Positions 29,021 to 39,094 of a stretch of 64,000 nt of DNA are shown here, piece by piece. The stretch is from assembly GCA_944389465.1 (NCBI GenBank), contig CALXML010000001.1, forward strand, positions 79,427 to 143,426. Reading direction: 5' to 3'. The stretch comes from an uncultured Alphaproteobacteria bacterium (GTDB lineage: Bacteria; Pseudomonadota; Alphaproteobacteria; Rs-D84). Below the pieces are notes generated by a model that saw only the letters and a list, made by a program, of their open reading frames with translations, was not told the origin of the DNA and did not search any database. How positions within the stretch are numbered: the first letter of the stretch is position 1; every line of letters begins with the position of its first letter. A program made the position numbers and the translations under genes.

Positions 29021-30154
29021 ATGAATAAAAATCCGTATGAAGTTTTGGGTGTTGCACGCGATGCGTCTGATGATGAAATTAAAAAGGCGTATCATAAACT
29101 GGTTATGAAATATCATCCTGACAGAAATGCTGGGGACAAGGCTGCAGAAGAAAAGTTCAAGGAAGTTAATAATGCGTTTGATATTTTAAAAGACCCGCAA
29201 AAACGCGCGGCGTATGACCGGTTTGGTGACGCGGCGTTTGCAGGTGGTAATGCGTCGGGTGCAAATCCTTTTGGGGCGGGCGGCAATCCATTTGGTAATG
29301 GTGCGTTTCACTTTAATATGGGTGGCGGCGCAGGTATGGAAGATATACTGCGCGAGGCCATGCGTGGATTCGGATTTGATATGGGTGGGGGTAACGCCCG
29401 TGGCAATGCGCAACGCCGTGGCCGCGATTTGTTGGACGAGGTTTCAATAGATTTACGTGATGCTTACTTTGGCACAACGCATACGGTAAAATTTACAACA
29501 AATGTTGAATGTGATAAATGCCATGGTTTCGGCACGGCTGATGGTAAAGAGGCCCCCGTATGCCCACGTTGTGGCGGGTCGGGATATGTGCGTTCCGCAC
29601 GTGGATTTTTTGCAATGGAAACACCATGTCCAGACTGTAATGGATTGGGACATAAAATTGATAAAAAGTGCACCCAATGCGATGGTGCGGGGGTGTTACG
29701 CAAAACACGCACGTTGGATGTTAAAATTCCCGCCGGTATAGAAGATGGGGCGCGTCTGCGTTTGACTGGCCAAGGCGAGGCTGGTCAAAACGGTGCACCG
29801 GCGGGGGACTTTTATTTGGATGTACATATTCGTCCGGACAAAAGATTCGTTCGCAATGGTTCTGATTTAATAACGCGTGTTGATATACCATTTACAACGT
29901 TGGCGTTGGGCGGTGATATAGAGGTTGACACTATTGATGACAAAAAATTATCAGTCAAAGTGCCGGCCGGTACGCAAATTGGTGAAAAATTGCGGGTGCG
30001 TGGACATGGAATGCCATCTGGACGGCGCAGTGGCAGTTTTGGCGATTTGTACATTGAAATAAATATGCCTGTGCCAACAAAATTGACCGAAAAGCAAAAG
30101 AAAATTTTGTCTGAATTTGCAGAAACAAAAAGTGCCAAAAAGGGATGGTTTTAA
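29021..30154 (+). CDS. dnaJ: Chaperone DnaJ
   Basis: J-domain with HPD (KYHPDRN). G/F-rich linker. Four CxxCxGxG zinc-finger repeats (CDKCHGFG, CPRCGGSG, CPDCNGLG, CTQCDGAG). Start taken at MNKNPYEVLGV. Confidence 0.9.
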   Translation: MNKNPYEVLGVARDASDDEIKKAYHKLVMKYHPDRNAGDKAAEEKFKEVNNAFDILKDPQKRAAYDRFGDAAFAGGNASGANPFGAGGNPFGNGAFHFNMGGGAGMEDILREAMRGFGFDMGGGNARGNAQRRGRDLLDEVSIDLRDAYFGTTHTVKFTTNVECDKCHGFGTADGKEAPVCPRCGGSGYVRSARGFFAMETPCPDCNGLGHKIDKKCTQCDGAGVLRKTRTLDVKIPAGIEDGARLRLTGQGEAGQNGAPAGDFYLDVHIRPDKRFVRNGSDLITRVDIPFTTLALGGDIEVDTIDDKKLSVKVPAGTQIGEKLRVRGHGMPSGRRSGSFGDLYIEINMPVPTKLTEKQKKILSEFAETKSAKKGWF

Positions 30155-30177
30155 TAAAAAATAATTAATGTGAAAAA

Positions 30178-30217
30178 CGCGCTGTGTGCATGATTTCCTG
30201 CATACAGCGCATTTTTG
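30178..30217 (+). terminator. Intrinsic terminator after dnaJ
   Basis: gcgctgt...acagcgc hairpin followed by ttttt. The 5' arm, aaaaacgcgctgtgtgcat, is repeated verbatim at window positions 3-22. Confidence 0.65.
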
Positions 30218-30218
30218 T

Positions 30219-30506
30219 TTAGTTGCTGTAATAGCAATTTGACGTATATGTATATGTGCCGGTTGAATCAGAACCAGTGGTGCCGGACCGAATATAGCAT
30301 GACGTAATTGATGTCGCGCCTGATGCAGATGTGCCGCCATCGGGGCACAGTGTGCATGCGTTGCCATTTTTATAATATCCTGCATTACATGAAAATGAAT
30401 TTGCATTATAGCATGTGCTGTTTGCAACGGGGCATTTCAGACAACTGCATTCTGATTCGCTGCCGAACGCTGTATTTCGGGTTTCGACACCCCGAATTGG
30501 GAACAC
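30219..30506 (-). pseudogene. Truncated cysteine-rich family member: a C-terminal cassette only (95 aa, no signal peptide)
   Basis: Ends ...CPDGGTSASGATSITSCYIRSGTTGSDSTGTYTYTSNCYYSN, the family tail. GTG start with no leader sequence. Only about 55 nt separate it from the next terminator. Confidence 0.45.
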
Positions 30507-30557
30507 CCCAATTCAATTAATTATTTAACCTAAATTTTTATGCTAAATCAAGATAAT

Positions 30558-30592
30558 AAAAAATCCCGCGGTGGCGGGATTTTATTTTTTGT
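30558..30592 (-). terminator. Intrinsic terminator after pgsA (minus strand)
   Basis: atcccgc/gcgggat hairpin with T-runs on both strands. Confidence 0.7.
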
Positions 30593-30600
30593 AACAGTTA

Positions 30601-31200
30601 TTATTTCTTTATCTGTTTTAATTTTTGAACAAATGTAAACGTGTATTGGGTGGCTGACCACAATGATGCCAGTAATGCCAACCATGTGCCACAAATACCA
30701 ATGTATGACAATATGTTCATTGTTTGCATAATTGGTTCGCTGATTGTTTCTGTGATTAATGTTGTTAATGCAAACAGCAACAGAAACGCAGTGATTGTAA
30801 TCATTTGCAGGGTGGTTTTAATTTTGCCCATTGAAAAGCGTGCCTTTGGTACAGGCATTTCTATTTTTTGTGTGCCCAAAAATTCACGCAGGCCACTGAT
30901 ATACAATTCGCGGGCAATCATTAATATTACTGGTACAACAATAAACCATGTTGGCATCATGGCGGACAACATAATTAACGTATTCACAACCAATAATTTG
31001 TCACCAATATGGTCCATGACCCCGCCCAGTTTTGTGCAAACGTTATATTTGCGTGCCAAAAAACCGTCAAACCAATCGGACACCGCCGCCAAAACAAATA
31101 ATATAAATGTTGTCCAATACAGGCCAAACATCATTGTTGGGATAATCGCAAATGCGGCCGCAATGCGAAAGGCTGATAAAAAGTTTACAAAGAATTTCAT
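30601..31200 (-). CDS. pgsA: CDP-diacylglycerol--glycerol-3-phosphate 3-phosphatidyltransferase
   Basis: CDP-alcohol phosphatidyltransferase motif DWFDGFLAR...G...DHIGDK. 199 aa membrane protein. Confidence 0.75.
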   Translation of the reverse strand: MKFFVNFLSAFRIAAAFAIIPTMMFGLYWTTFILFVLAAVSDWFDGFLARKYNVCTKLGGVMDHIGDKLLVVNTLIMLSAMMPTWFIVVPVILMIARELYISGLREFLGTQKIEMPVPKARFSMGKIKTTLQMITITAFLLLFALTTLITETISEPIMQTMNILSYIGICGTWLALLASLWSATQYTFTFVQKLKQIKK

Positions 31201-31239
31201 AATGGTTTCTCCTTTTAATTTTATATATCAATGGTTGTA

Positions 31240-32664
31240 TTATATCACTTCTGTATGAAAATGGGCATATATTTTTTCAGCGGCTGATTTTCCCAGATTT
31301 GGAACGTGCATTAATGCGTCCAGACTGGCATCTGTTATTGCACGCACAGAACCAAAATGGTTCAGCAGGGCGCGTTTGCGTGTTGGGCCAATGCCATCAA
31401 TTTCATCCAGCACAGATGATGTCATTTGTTTTGCACGTACCGTGCGGTGAAAGGTTATTACAAAACGGTGCGCTTCGTCACGTACGGCGCGCAGCAATAA
31501 AAATAATCTGGAATCTTTTGGTATGTCGCGGCAAACAGTGCCGTCCGGTAAAATAAAATGTTCGTCACCGTTGCGCACTGTGCCCTTGGTCACACCAAAT
31601 ACGGGAATGTTGGGGGCTGTTTTATGTGCAATGTTCCATTGTGCAGGTCCACCATCAACGATTATTAAATCCAATTTTGGACCACGTTGTGTGGCGCGTT
31701 CAACAAATTCATTCATCATTGCAATGTCATTGCCGGCGGCTGCGTTGTTACGTAATTTAAAGTGTCTGTATCCTGATTTTATAAAACCGTCATGGCCAAA
31801 TGTTATCATTGCGCCAACGGGGCTTTTGCCAAACAGGTGTGAATTATCAAATACGCCAACGCATTCCAATTTTAATCCCAATAAATTTTCCAAATCTGTG
31901 ACAGATGCGTTCCAATCAAAATTTGCGCTGTATGCACGATTCCGCCGTATACCGCGTGTTGATGTTTGCGTTAAAGCAGTAATTTTGTCGCGCACCGCGG
32001 CCGCAGATTCAAAATCCATTGCATCAGAATATTTTTTCATCTGTTTGGTTAAATCAGCGATTATCGGTTCACTGTCGCCGGTTAAAATTCTGCGCGCCAA
32101 TGCAACATTTTCAGCGTAATCTGTTTGCGGCAATGTGCATGGTGCGCTGCAACGACCAATTTGATACAACAGGCAGGGGCGCGTTCTGTTGTGCATAAAA
32201 GTATCTGTACAGGTGCGTAATTTACAAACCTTTTGAATTGTTTTGATGGTTTCGTTTAATGCGGTAACTGATGGGTACGGGCCGTATACGTCACGACGTT
32301 GGGATATTTTGCCACGGAATTTTAACAGGCGTGGATATTCTGATTGGGTCAATGCAATCATTGGGTACATTTTCCCGTCAGTCAGCATTATGTTATATTT
32401 AGGCTTTAACGTTTTTATTAAATGTTGTTCCAGAATTAATGCGTCTGATTCAGTTGGTACAATTTCCCAATCAACGCGGGCAACCAATGTGCGCATAACC
32501 TGTTTGTGTGGTTCCAGTTTTGATATGTCCAAATATTGCTTTAGTCTGTTGGACAAATTTTTTGCTTTGCCAACGTATAACAGGTTGCCATCGGCGTCAT
32601 ACATTTTATAGACACCGGGGGCACTGGGACTGTTTTCAATCAAATCAGAAAATTGAATATTCAT
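31240..32664 (-). CDS. uvrC: Excinuclease ABC subunit C
   Basis: N-terminal GIY-YIG (PGVYKMYDADGNLLYVGKAKNLSNRLKQY). C-terminal HhH (HFGSVRAITDASLDALMHVPNLG). Start at MNIQFSD with aaaagg RBS. Somewhat short for UvrC. Confidence 0.8.
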   Translation of the reverse strand: MNIQFSDLIENSPSAPGVYKMYDADGNLLYVGKAKNLSNRLKQYLDISKLEPHKQVMRTLVARVDWEIVPTESDALILEQHLIKTLKPKYNIMLTDGKMYPMIALTQSEYPRLLKFRGKISQRRDVYGPYPSVTALNETIKTIQKVCKLRTCTDTFMHNRTRPCLLYQIGRCSAPCTLPQTDYAENVALARRILTGDSEPIIADLTKQMKKYSDAMDFESAAAVRDKITALTQTSTRGIRRNRAYSANFDWNASVTDLENLLGLKLECVGVFDNSHLFGKSPVGAMITFGHDGFIKSGYRHFKLRNNAAAGNDIAMMNEFVERATQRGPKLDLIIVDGGPAQWNIAHKTAPNIPVFGVTKGTVRNGDEHFILPDGTVCRDIPKDSRLFLLLRAVRDEAHRFVITFHRTVRAKQMTSSVLDEIDGIGPTRKRALLNHFGSVRAITDASLDALMHVPNLGKSAAEKIYAHFHTEVI

Positions 32665-32714
32665 ACCTTTTATGATAGAATATAAAAAAATAAATAGCAA
32701 ATAGAGGTTATAAA

Positions 32715-33179
32715 ATGAAATGTGAATCTGGACGTTCTATGGTTGAAATGATGGGTGTATTGGCAATTATGGGTGTGATTACAGTTGCCGCAATTGCCGC
32801 AATTTCCAGTGCAATGAATATGCAAAAACATAACGAAGTTAATGATGAAGTTTTGCAAATGGTGACACAAGTACGCCAGACATTTACTGAATACGATGAT
32901 TATTCAAACATAAATAATGCAACAATATTTGGTGCAATTGGAATGTCTAATAAAAATCCGTATGGTGGAACATATGAAATATCTGTTAATCCATCAAATA
33001 CGCGTCAGTTTATAATATCTATTACAGGATTATCAAAATCTGATTGTGAATATTTTATAACCAAGGGTTGGGATGGTTCTGTTGGGTATGAAATGTCGGG
33101 GCGTACGGAAAGTGGCGCAACGGGAAACTGTAATAATGCAAATGGCGAAAATGTCGTAAGTATTACTTATGGTGAATAA
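32715..33179 (+). CDS. Type IV pilin/pseudopilin-like protein (class III signal peptide)
   Basis: MKCESG|RSMVEMMGVLAIMGVITVAAIAAI: Gly at -1 and Glu at +5 fit prepilin peptidase substrates, followed by a hydrophobic helix. Two C-terminal Cys (SDCEYF...GNCNN) could form a D-region disulfide. RBS agagg. Confidence 0.55.
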   Translation: MKCESGRSMVEMMGVLAIMGVITVAAIAAISSAMNMQKHNEVNDEVLQMVTQVRQTFTEYDDYSNINNATIFGAIGMSNKNPYGGTYEISVNPSNTRQFIISITGLSKSDCEYFITKGWDGSVGYEMSGRTESGATGNCNNANGENVVSITYGE

Positions 33180-33194
33180 GCGGGTGGTGGCATA

Positions 33195-34166
33195 ATGGCG
33201 GAAATGGTTGAAATTTCCAAAGTAGAAGATGGTACGCGATTATTGCGCTGGTTTTTGCGTAAATTTCCATCTATGCCACAACGTGAATTTTATAAACTGT
33301 GTCGGGGCGGGCAAATTCGTGTTAATTCATCGCGTGCACGTGGGCAAGAAATTCTGCGTGCGGGCGACGTTGTGCGTGTGCCGCCAACTTTGGCCAGTTA
33401 TGCGACCAGCAATGTAAAAAAAACGGAAAGTGGTGAACATTTTTCTTTGGTTGATTTAGAATCTTTGCGCCAGTGTATAATTCATAATGATGCGGATATT
33501 GTTGTGTTTAACAAGCCTGCTGGTTTGGCTGTTCAGGGTGGGACAGGTATTCGCAAATCTATTGATAAAATGGCGGCGGCGTTATTTCCATATGATAAAA
33601 TATCGCTGGTTCATCGTTTGGACAGGGAAACCAGTGGAATATTGGTTGTGGCAAAAAATCAGCATGCTGCACAAATATTGTCTGATGAATTTCAAAATAA
33701 AATTGCACACAAAGAATATTTGGCATTATTAAATGGTGATGTGCGTCCGCCACGTGGGGTAATTGATAATTATATGGTAAAGGGTCAGGTTTTTGACAGT
33801 GCCGCGCGTTTGAATGGTGGAACAGGGCAACGTCCACAACGTGCCATTACGGAATACGAGGTTTTATCAACCGCGGGCGGACATTTGTCATGGGTATTGT
33901 TTTCGCCAAAAACCGGTCGCACACATCAATTACGCGTGCACAGTGCGTTATGTTTAAATGCCCCGATTGTTGGCGATATGTTATACGGGGTGAATAAAAA
34001 ACTGGACAGCACATTGCAATCAGTATTTGCAACAAATAACTTGTTTTTGTTGGCATATAAGTTAACATTTCGTCATCCAACAACTGGCAAAACGATTACT
34101 TTGCGGGCCACGATTCCTGAATTTATGCAGCCCGTAATAAAGTTTTTGGAATTTAAGTTGCCGTAA
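33195..34166 (+). CDS. RluA-family 23S rRNA pseudouridine synthase (RluC/RluD-like, with S4 domain)
   Basis: Catalytic motif HRLDRETSGILVVAKN. N-terminal S4-like region. Confidence 0.8.
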   Translation: MAEMVEISKVEDGTRLLRWFLRKFPSMPQREFYKLCRGGQIRVNSSRARGQEILRAGDVVRVPPTLASYATSNVKKTESGEHFSLVDLESLRQCIIHNDADIVVFNKPAGLAVQGGTGIRKSIDKMAAALFPYDKISLVHRLDRETSGILVVAKNQHAAQILSDEFQNKIAHKEYLALLNGDVRPPRGVIDNYMVKGQVFDSAARLNGGTGQRPQRAITEYEVLSTAGGHLSWVLFSPKTGRTHQLRVHSALCLNAPIVGDMLYGVNKKLDSTLQSVFATNNLFLLAYKLTFRHPTTGKTITLRATIPEFMQPVIKFLEFKLP

Positions 34167-34181
34167 AATAGCAGACTGACA

Positions 34182-36281
34182 ATGGTAAAAAAAAAGAAAA
34201 AGCAGAGCACTTTTTTAAAAATTATGCGCGTATTGGTCTTGTTTGTATTGGGGCTGGTGGTTGCTGTTGTGATTGCGTTGTCACAAATTAATTTGGAAAC
34301 GCTGCGTGGTTCTGTGCTGTCCGTGTTACAGGATGCGACCGGTTTGCCGGTGGAAATTGATGGGACTGTGTCGTGGAAATTATCGTTGCGGCCACAAATT
34401 GAATTGAATCAGGTGCGTGTGCCAAATGCAGATTGGGCCAATCATGATGATGCATTCAGTGCTGAAAAAATAGACGTGACGCTGGATTTATTTTCTTTGT
34501 TTCAAGACAGGCCAACAATTCAAAGTATAAAAATTTATGATGCCAGTATTTGTATAGAACAAAATTCTGATGGCGAATTTTCAATCGCGCCGGTTATAAA
34601 ATCAAAAGAAAAAAAGTCTGATAGCGTGCAAGCGGTCAGTTCCGGACCAACGGATTTCCCGTTTGTTGATATGGGACTGGGTGGATTGGAAATACAAAAT
34701 TTATCAGTGGATTTTCTGGGGGCAATGTATTCTTTGTCTGGATTTCAAATCAGATATATGCCGCATGATGATACGCGTGAATACAGCGGGTGGATAAAAA
34801 ATGGGAAAAATGTATTTCCTTTTATATTGGCTTTTTCAAAATATAATGCAGAACGCAAGGTTTATCCAATGCGGATTGCATTTGCAACAGGTGGGGATGC
34901 ATTGATTGCCAATGTCGCATTAGAGGGCACAAGCAAGGCACCAATAGATTTTGTTATCAAGGGCGATATTCCGGACATTGCGGAATTGGGCAGGATTTTT
35001 AATTTGAATTTGGAACCAATGCCAACAATGAAAGTTAATATTTCTGGGGGGTATGATTGGCAAAAATTAACGCTGCGTAATTCGTCGCTGACCGTGCGGG
35101 GGAATACGTTGGCTTTTTCAGGGGTTATTGATTGGTCTGGGGATTTGCCACAAATAAATGCGACATTTGAATCCAGTTCTGTAAATTTATTAGAATTGTT
35201 TCCTGATTTGTATGATGGTGTTTGGATTCGGCCAAACAGGGAATTAAATGTTTTTCATGATATTCCATTATATGGAACAGAATTTCTAAAGTTTAATGCT
35301 GATTTGCATGTGATGCTGGATAACTTTATCGTTTATCGTGATTTTAATTTGCGTGATATGAATGTCACCATCAAATTAGTAAATGGCCGTGCAGATGTTG
35401 ATGCAAAAACAGTTATTGCAGATGGTGATGTTCACGCAGTTGGCAATGTAAACATTGATTCTGATGGTCGTATGTATGCCCGTGTTGCAGGAATGGGACG
35501 TAATATGGTAATTGGTAATTTATTAAATCAATTACATATAAACGATTTTATTTCTGAATTGCCTGTTAATTTTGATATGTATATAGAGGCCACCGGCAGT
35601 AATTTATCTGAATGGATGCAGACAATCACAGGGCCAGTACAAATTTATTCTGCGGCATCTGGGTATGCGCATTCTGCGTTGGTGTCAAATATGTATGGAA
35701 CAGATTTTCTGACGACATTGCGGCACAGTATTCAGGATTTATTCAGTTCTGAAAAAAAATACAATCAAATGAAAATATCGTGCTTGGCAATTAATGTCAA
35801 ACTGCGCGAAGGATTAATTGAAACGCAAAATGGCGTTGCAATTGAAACAAATGCAATAAATGTTCGCTTGGCCGGCAGTTTGGATTTAGGACAGGAAACG
35901 ATTCAGTTGTCTTTGACAACAGTGCCTGTGCGTGGGTTAAAATTATCGCTGACGGGAAATGTTGTTAATTCAATTGAAATTACCGGCAATTTGGCAGAAC
36001 CAACAATTCAAATCAGTGGTGCGGCTGTTGCGGGCAAGGTTGCATCCGCAACCGGAATTGGTTTGTTGTTGGCACCGTTTACCGGTGGAATAGGACTGGT
36101 CGCGGGGGCGGGCGTTGGCCTGTTGGCGGGGGATTTGTTGGAAAATTGGTTGGCGGATGATAATCCGTGTGAAACAGCGATGAAACGCGGTGCGCCAAAT
36201 CGCCGTGATGATGCGGAATGGATGAAAACGCCAGTGGCTGATTTGGTCAGCAATATGTTCAACAATAATTCTGTAAATTAA
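34182..36281 (+). CDS. AsmA-family outer-membrane assembly protein
   Basis: 699 aa. N-terminal TM anchor after a poly-Lys stretch, then a long beta-rich periplasmic domain. Size and architecture are typical of AsmA. Confidence 0.5.
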   Translation: MVKKKKKQSTFLKIMRVLVLFVLGLVVAVVIALSQINLETLRGSVLSVLQDATGLPVEIDGTVSWKLSLRPQIELNQVRVPNADWANHDDAFSAEKIDVTLDLFSLFQDRPTIQSIKIYDASICIEQNSDGEFSIAPVIKSKEKKSDSVQAVSSGPTDFPFVDMGLGGLEIQNLSVDFLGAMYSLSGFQIRYMPHDDTREYSGWIKNGKNVFPFILAFSKYNAERKVYPMRIAFATGGDALIANVALEGTSKAPIDFVIKGDIPDIAELGRIFNLNLEPMPTMKVNISGGYDWQKLTLRNSSLTVRGNTLAFSGVIDWSGDLPQINATFESSSVNLLELFPDLYDGVWIRPNRELNVFHDIPLYGTEFLKFNADLHVMLDNFIVYRDFNLRDMNVTIKLVNGRADVDAKTVIADGDVHAVGNVNIDSDGRMYARVAGMGRNMVIGNLLNQLHINDFISELPVNFDMYIEATGSNLSEWMQTITGPVQIYSAASGYAHSALVSNMYGTDFLTTLRHSIQDLFSSEKKYNQMKISCLAINVKLREGLIETQNGVAIETNAINVRLAGSLDLGQETIQLSLTTVPVRGLKLSLTGNVVNSIEITGNLAEPTIQISGAAVAGKVASATGIGLLLAPFTGGIGLVAGAGVGLLAGDLLENWLADDNPCETAMKRGAPNRRDDAEWMKTPVADLVSNMFNNNSVN

Positions 36282-36314
36282 TCTTTTAATTATTTCAAAT
36301 GGGGGAAATCAGAT

Positions 36315-37073
36315 ATGTTCAGTTGGTTGGGTTTGGTGCAAATTTTAATAATAATTGTTATGTTGCTGGTATTTTACAAAAGTTTTATACAAAATACTGC
36401 ATCTGAACGATTGGTGCGTGGTTTGTTGGGGTTGGCACTGTTGTGGGGATTAAGTTTTGTTTTGTCATGGGCCGGTTTGGATTTATTAGGGGCGTTTTTA
36501 CATTGGACTGCGTTGTTTTTATCCATCAGTTTGGTAGTTGTCTTTCAGCCAGAATTACGTAAGTTTATGGCGTTGATGGGAAATATTGATGAATGGAAGC
36601 GCATTTTTAAAAATGGCACTGCAAAGTCACATGATACAAAATCTTTGGATGCAATTGTTTCATCGGTTGAATATATGTCTGCCAAACATACTGGGGCGTT
36701 AATAGTTTTTACCAGTACGTTGGACGAAAGTGCAATTGATAAAACAGGGGTGGTGGTGAATGCAGATATTTCCAGCGAATTATTATTAACCATATTTTTT
36801 AATAAAACGCCATTGCATGATGGTGCGGTTATTATTGAAAAAAATCGTATTGCATATGCGGGGGCAATATTGCCACTGTCAAAAAATAATCTGAATTGGA
36901 AATATGGCACGCGCCATCGTGCTGCGTTGGGAATGTCAGAAGTTTCCGGTGCAACTGTTTTGGTTGTATCAGAAGAAAGCGGGGATATTTCCATCGCTGA
37001 AAAAGGTAAATTTACAAAATTTGATGATATGAAAAAATTACGTGCCAAATTAGAAAAAGTTATGTTCAAGTAA
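36315..37073 (+). CDS. cdaA: Diadenylate cyclase CdaA (c-di-AMP synthase)
   Basis: Three N-terminal TM helices plus a DAC domain (PLHDGAVII...GTRHRAALGMSE...VVSEESGDIS). Confidence 0.75.
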   Translation: MFSWLGLVQILIIIVMLLVFYKSFIQNTASERLVRGLLGLALLWGLSFVLSWAGLDLLGAFLHWTALFLSISLVVVFQPELRKFMALMGNIDEWKRIFKNGTAKSHDTKSLDAIVSSVEYMSAKHTGALIVFTSTLDESAIDKTGVVVNADISSELLLTIFFNKTPLHDGAVIIEKNRIAYAGAILPLSKNNLNWKYGTRHRAALGMSEVSGATVLVVSEESGDISIAEKGKFTKFDDMKKLRAKLEKVMFK

Positions 37074-37236
37074 AATAAACAAACAGTTGCCAACAGGCAA
37101 CTGTTCGTTTGTGTACATAATTTTTATTTTGTCCATAATGATATGCTTTTGAATAACCCTTGCACCGAATCGGCATTTTTTGATAAAGTTATTTAGAAAG
37201 AGTGTAGGACGAAAATAGATTTAACAGGAGCACATT

Positions 37237-38355
37237 ATGGAATTTTCAGTATTTCGTCAGGTTTTAATTCGTGCGCTGGGGCATATGCAATCAATTGTTG
37301 AAAAACGTGCAACTTTGCCGATATTGATGAATGTTAAGATAGAGGTTGCAGATGATTTGGTTTTGTCCGCAACGAATGTTGATTTGGAATTGGTTGAACA
37401 TGTGGCGGCGGATATCACATTGGGTGGCCGTACAACTGTGCCGGTTCAAATGTTGTATGATATTGTTCGTAAATTGCCTGATGATGCGGAAATATCGTTC
37501 AAGCAGTCTGGGGACCAATTGGTTGTGTCCAGTGGGCGCGCAGTATTTCATTTGCCAACATTGCCGGCTGAAAACTTTCCGGCGATGGCGGGCAGTAATT
37601 TAACAACAAAATTCCAAATGACAACTGGTGATTTGGCGCATTTAATTAATCAAACTAAATTTGCCATTCCAACAGATGATGTGCGTTATCATTTGGGGGG
37701 AATTTATTTCCATATTTCTGATGATGCCAAAGAAAAAATGTTAACTGCGGTTGCCACCGATGCCCAGCGTATGGCATTGTGTGCAATGCCGGCCCCTGCG
37801 GGCAGCGGCGAAATGCCGGCTGTGATTTTGCCACGCCGCGTTATTGGCGAATTGTCCAAGTTATTAGAGGATGCAACCGTTGACGATGTAACCGTTGAAT
37901 TATCTGATACCAAGGCACGCTTTACCGTTGGGCCTGCAACATTGACCAGCAAATTGGTTGATGCGCAGTATCCAAATTATCGCGTTGTTATTCCAAAGGG
38001 CAATGACAAGATTGCTGTTTTGGACAGAAAACAATTCTTGAATGCTGTTGATTTGGTATCTGTTGCCAGTGTTGATAAAACAAAATCAGTACAATTGACA
38101 TTTTCAATGAATAAGTTGGTTGTTAACGCGTCCAGTCCGGATGCCGGAACCGCAACCCAAGAATTGGATATTGAATACAATGGCGACAGTTCGTTTACAG
38201 TTGTGTTTAATGTAAAATTCCTGATGGATGTTGCAGGACAGGTAGAGGGCGAAAAATTCCAAATGGAAATGCAGGACCCATTGTCCCCAACCATTATTAA
38301 ATCAACTGATAAAAATACAGATGCATTGTTCGTATTAATGCCAATGCGTATGTAA
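37237..38355 (+). CDS. dnaN: DNA polymerase III beta subunit (sliding clamp)
   Basis: 372 aa. DnaN-like sequence throughout, with a three-domain architecture. Confidence 0.9.
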   Translation: MEFSVFRQVLIRALGHMQSIVEKRATLPILMNVKIEVADDLVLSATNVDLELVEHVAADITLGGRTTVPVQMLYDIVRKLPDDAEISFKQSGDQLVVSSGRAVFHLPTLPAENFPAMAGSNLTTKFQMTTGDLAHLINQTKFAIPTDDVRYHLGGIYFHISDDAKEKMLTAVATDAQRMALCAMPAPAGSGEMPAVILPRRVIGELSKLLEDATVDDVTVELSDTKARFTVGPATLTSKLVDAQYPNYRVVIPKGNDKIAVLDRKQFLNAVDLVSVASVDKTKSVQLTFSMNKLVVNASSPDAGTATQELDIEYNGDSSFTVVFNVKFLMDVAGQVEGEKFQMEMQDPLSPTIIKSTDKNTDALFVLMPMRM

Positions 38356-38388
38356 AATATCATTGTATGTTACAATTAGAATAACTAA

Positions 38389-38413
38389 AAATGCCCCGTG
38401 TGGGGCATTTTTA
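38389..38413. terminator. Bidirectional intrinsic terminator (dnaN / convergent cysteine-rich gene)
   Basis: atgccccgtgtggggcat hairpin flanked by A-run and T-run. Confidence 0.8.
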
Positions 38414-39082
38414 TTCTGTATAATAACAGTTTGACGTTATTGAATATGAACCGGTCGTGTCAGAATACGAACCAGTTGGTATATAACATTCGGTTATTTT
38501 GGATGCACCACGTGGGGTTGTGCCGGGGGTATATGTATGCGGCCCCTTGTTATAATCCGGACACCATGTCAGACCGCGTTCTGTACTGCCCGCTGTAAAC
38601 GTTCCGCCGGCGCAATAATAACCACTGCGGCATTGTGCGCATTCATTATTGTTGGTTATATAATATCCCGCATTGCACATTATGCTGCTGGGAACACAGG
38701 TATTAAGTTGTGTTTTATAAAATCCATTTTTACAATAAAAAGTATCGTTATAATATATATCGCATTCGGCATTTGCCGGACATGGTGTGCATTGTCCCGT
38801 TGATGTTGTATTGGTTGGTATGCCATATGTTCCAGTGTTGCAAACTAAACCGGCTGTTCTGTTACATTGGCACCAATTACCAGCTTGGGTTACATAAAGC
38901 ATATTATAACCGGTACATACCGAAGTTGTTGGGTTACACTTTATTTCTAGTTGTTGAAATGATTCTTCTTTGCCACTGCAAGTTTCGTATAATTCGTCTG
39001 TACAAAGTTGCAACGCCCCAAAAGCCGATATTTCTGAAAAAACAAACACACATAATGCCGTGCCAATTAATCGTATATTCAT
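38411..39082 (-). CDS. Cysteine-rich secreted protein with the conserved CYY tail (family member)
   Basis: Signal peptide MNIRLIGTALCVFVFSEISAFGA. Ends ...ECYIPTGSYSDTTGSYSITSNCYYTE. RBS aaaaaggga. Confidence 0.7.
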   Translation of the reverse strand: MNIRLIGTALCVFVFSEISAFGALQLCTDELYETCSGKEESFQQLEIKCNPTTSVCTGYNMLYVTQAGNWCQCNRTAGLVCNTGTYGIPTNTTSTGQCTPCPANAECDIYYNDTFYCKNGFYKTQLNTCVPSSIMCNAGYYITNNNECAQCRSGYYCAGGTFTAGSTERGLTWCPDYNKGPHTYTPGTTPRGASKITECYIPTGSYSDTTGSYSITSNCYYTE

Positions 39083-39094
39083 TGTATTTCCCTT

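Noticed and set aside
31299-32119. Plus-strand ORFs of 85 and 198 aa
   Set aside because: Antisense to uvrC.
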